Source: Botryllus schlosseri (taxonomy: Eukaryota). From it: DNA of 64,000 nucleotides. Where the stretch lies: positions 21,080,001 through 21,144,000 of the forward strand of contig CM119381.1 in assembly GCA_051294905.1 (NCBI GenBank). Direction: 5' to 3'. Under the pieces are notes generated by a model. It did no database searches. It was not told the DNA's origin and worked only from the letters and a program-made list of their open reading frames with translations. Shown here one piece after another: positions 61,151 through 64,000 of the stretch (its first letter is position 1; each line of letters starts with the position of its first letter). The translations under genes were made by a program, and so were the position numbers.

Positions 61151-61810
61151 GCAGGCCTTTACTAAGTGCGGCCCGCGAAAAGTTCCTTGGAATTCAAAAC
61201 ATAAACCCTACTTTTTAATGTTGCTGCGTATACTAAAACCATGTAGGCTGTAAAAACTGAACTGAAAATTCGTTAACTTTCAAGCCTGTTCCTTAATATA
61301 CCGCGATTACGCGACATACGCACCTCGCATGCGTAATCCAGATTCAAAATGAAGTCAATGTGGCAAATTATGCCGCAACAATCACAGTCACAAGAATTCA
61401 CCAAACCTCCTTTGTTGGCACTGTTACATTATGCATTATACCAGTGGTTCTCAAACTGGGGCGCACCCTCCTTAGGGGGCGTGAAAGCATCTGAAGGGGG
61501 TCGCGAAGCTGCGGTCAACTGATTTTTTTTCAATCCATAGTTGTTGCTCTGTGTGTAGTCCGAATTTTGTATTTGAGAATTCTCTCATCAACAGCCATAA
61601 CCTTCCATACCACCAAACTATCCGTTGGGATTGCCAGCATTCTGGTTTCATTTTGTGATATGACGATAAGAAGGGTGCGTTATTTTCCACTTTCATAATA
61701 AAAGAGTGATGTCTGAAAAAGTTTGAGATTCACTGCATTACACGGTCTGTGCTTCAAATTGTCACGTGATACGTTTCAAAATCCCTCACTCGTAAAACAA
61801 CTCAATCAGA
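61151..61810. mobile_element. Copy of the 12783-13471 MITE family with nested insertion
   Basis: Colinear with 12840-13180 on both sides of the nested element. Confidence 0.7.
61442..61735. mobile_element. 294-bp hAT MITE
   Basis: cagtggttctcaaact / agtttgagattcactg; TSD cattatac/cattacac. Confidence 0.85.
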
Positions 61811-62117
61811 TGTACGAATTTGGTGATTTTAATTGTACAATTTCTGTCTTCGGCGCGGGGATTACAGGAAAAAAAAGCAGCTAAGTAATCGGTCCTAACC
61901 CCGGATGAAGCATCATATATAGTCTACCCAAGTGGACGTCGAAGTATAATATCGTAAATTTATACTCAATTACCAATAACAGTGGGTATTTTCAATATAT
62001 GCCTAAACCAGACGAAGAGGAACTGGAAAACGACCGAGGCCGACTTCCGATTTCCGATACCTAAGTGTTGGAGGTTTACCTAGGTTCCTCCTCGCCACCT
62101 CATCCGCGTCAGCAGTG

Positions 62118-62260
62118 TCTTACAAAAGCCTAGAGGTGGGCCGTGCTATAAGTCGGCAGTTGCGGAAAATAAGAAGAATATCGGCCTGCTGTAAATGACC
62201 ATAGTAGTCGACAAACACCATGAATACCCCAAAAAACAAACAAACAAAACTGGAAAACGG
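62118..62260 (+). mobile_element. SINE 3' fragment with (CAAA)n tail
   Basis: gcctagaggtgggccgtgctataagtcggcag...gtaaatgaccatagtagtcgac...aaacaaacaaac. Confidence 0.75.
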
Positions 62261-63017
62261 AAAGTCGTGGCTGCGGATACGAGTCTTGTCTGCGAACATG
62301 ACCTGCCTATATGATAAACGCCACTGTTGTGTAGGCCTAATACTATGATGATAATAATAACAATACGAGTTTCCATCGCTGGCCACGAAATTCCTCTTTG
62401 TTAGGCCATGAGAGAGGGCAGGTCAAATATTGTGGTCGAATGCTGGAAGTCCGCCTTGCGATGGCTCCATAGTGTACGGATATTTCGCAAGCGTGGATTT
62501 ATCTACCATTAACCCATAAGGGTGACCAGACCTTTGGAATGATACTACCGAGGTAAATATTTAATTACGAAATCAACGAGTACCTAATGTATAGTCCTAG
62601 TTAAAATCACGCGGCAGTCTTGCTGGGGAAAATTTTATTGCGCAGACTATCGCTGATGTGCGTGAATTAACTAATGCTAATTTGGAATGTTTAAAGAATA
62701 ATAAAAGTGCGATCGCATCTACATCTTCGACACGCGAAACTACTCATGTATATCCGTTTCATTTGCAACTTTTGATCCGTATTCACCAAGAAACGGAAGA
62801 TATTGTGTCATATTTTATCTGGTTTCATCTCAGAAACCAAGGTTTATATCATAAATATCCACTGGAACGTAAGAACAGTAAGGTAGTCAAAGGGTGATAT
62901 GTCTTTGGGTCCAAAGAAGTACGGTAGGCTAATGCATTCATGTCGGTATGGCCATTTTGATATTTGGTCAGGTCGCTATAGGTGGGTTGAAGCTCATGCT
63001 GGCGCAAGCGTATGAAG

Positions 63018-63425
63018 CAGGGTTGCATTTAAAACAAACATGTTTAAAACAAGGTCCTAATTTAAATTTTTTTAAATCCATGACGTCACGAATATTCAAT
63101 TGTAACGTCATAGTGAATTGGCATTGACAATTGAAAATATAGGGTAATTATAGCTCCTTTGGCGAAATATCTGTACTATTAATGTTGGACCGACTATTTT
63201 GAGGTTTCCAACCTTCCCATATCGATATACGTCGGCTATATCTGGTGGTAATTGTCCGTAGGCTCATACAACATGTTTTTTGGAAAGTATTTACACAATT
63301 ATGGCATAATTTTACAACTTAAAAAAACACAAAATCGTTTTTTTAAAAGACCTTTTTTAAAGCACTGTTTAAAACATGTTTTACACAAAGTGTTTTAAAC
63401 ACTGTTTGTTTTCAATGCAACCCTA
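63018..63425. mobile_element. 408-bp hAT MITE
   Basis: cagggttgcat / atgcaacccta; TSD gtatgaag/gtatgcag. Confidence 0.85.
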
Positions 63426-64000
63426 GTATGCAGGGTGTAAATCTAGAGGAAATTCATCAGACATGATGTGACGTGCGAATAAATTATTCAGGGCAAGTCA
63501 GATCTGCTTGTTTTGAGACATTTATTGGATTTACCTTGACAACTGTGATGATTCGGCCATTCATACTTCAATGGTAATATTTAGGTATAGGTAGGCTATA
63601 AAGGTGATTGCTATGACGTCATGACATATTCTCAACAGGGAGCCATTAAAATGAACTCACCAACGCGACGCAGGCCTCTAGGCCTACCACTGATGTTGAA
63701 AATTCTAAACAAATATTTTCCATAAAATACAATTGTTACCTTCAATGGGTTGATAACCATTCCTCGTAAATCCCAGTGCATATAACGTTACAGGCTCACA
63801 AAGGCATGGAGTTTTCCATATTCGCGTGCATTGTTCGCATCGTAGTGTTCATGCGAACTCGCGGTAATAGGCTCCTGCGTATTGCGATATTATATTGCAA
63901 AACAATGCGCTTCGGTAGTAATGTCGAGTATCATATAAAACGCCTGTATTCGAGTGCTCGTGGTAGATTGGTCTTGCAGAAGGTCAACATGCAGGTTGAC

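Noticed and set aside
59666-64000. Coding exons of a third paralog
   Set aside because: No CUB, LDLa or protease motifs found by eye; the ORFs there are TE-, SINE- or microsatellite-derived or unrecognisable.

Overview
AT-rich animal (invertebrate-like) genomic DNA; the 55-83 nt minimal introns are compatible with a tunicate, but the taxon cannot be fixed from sequence alone. The window is dominated by two head-to-tail, plus-strand, multi-exon paralogs that I spliced and translated by hand. Each encodes CUB-CUB-CUB-LDLa-(R|IVGG) S1A trypsin-fold protease. Gene A (13927-37338, 16 exons found, first CUB exon not found) has intact frames and His57/Asp102, but reads GDRGGP (Ser195->Arg), so it is a predicted pseudo-protease. 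Gene B (39693-58788, 17 exons found) has the full triad with GDSGGP and a non-trypsin S1 pocket (Asn189/Gly216/Thr226). Spacer homology suggests a third unit may start near 59.2-59.7 kb. The large introns are filled with non-autonomous DNA transposons: many hAT MITEs with readable 8-bp TSDs, Buster/SPIN-type transposase remnants, foldback elements and multi-level nests. A tRNA-derived SINE family and microsatellites are also present. Nearly all ORFs in the supplied track are spurious or exon read-throughs. No start codon or signal-peptide exon could be identified for either gene.
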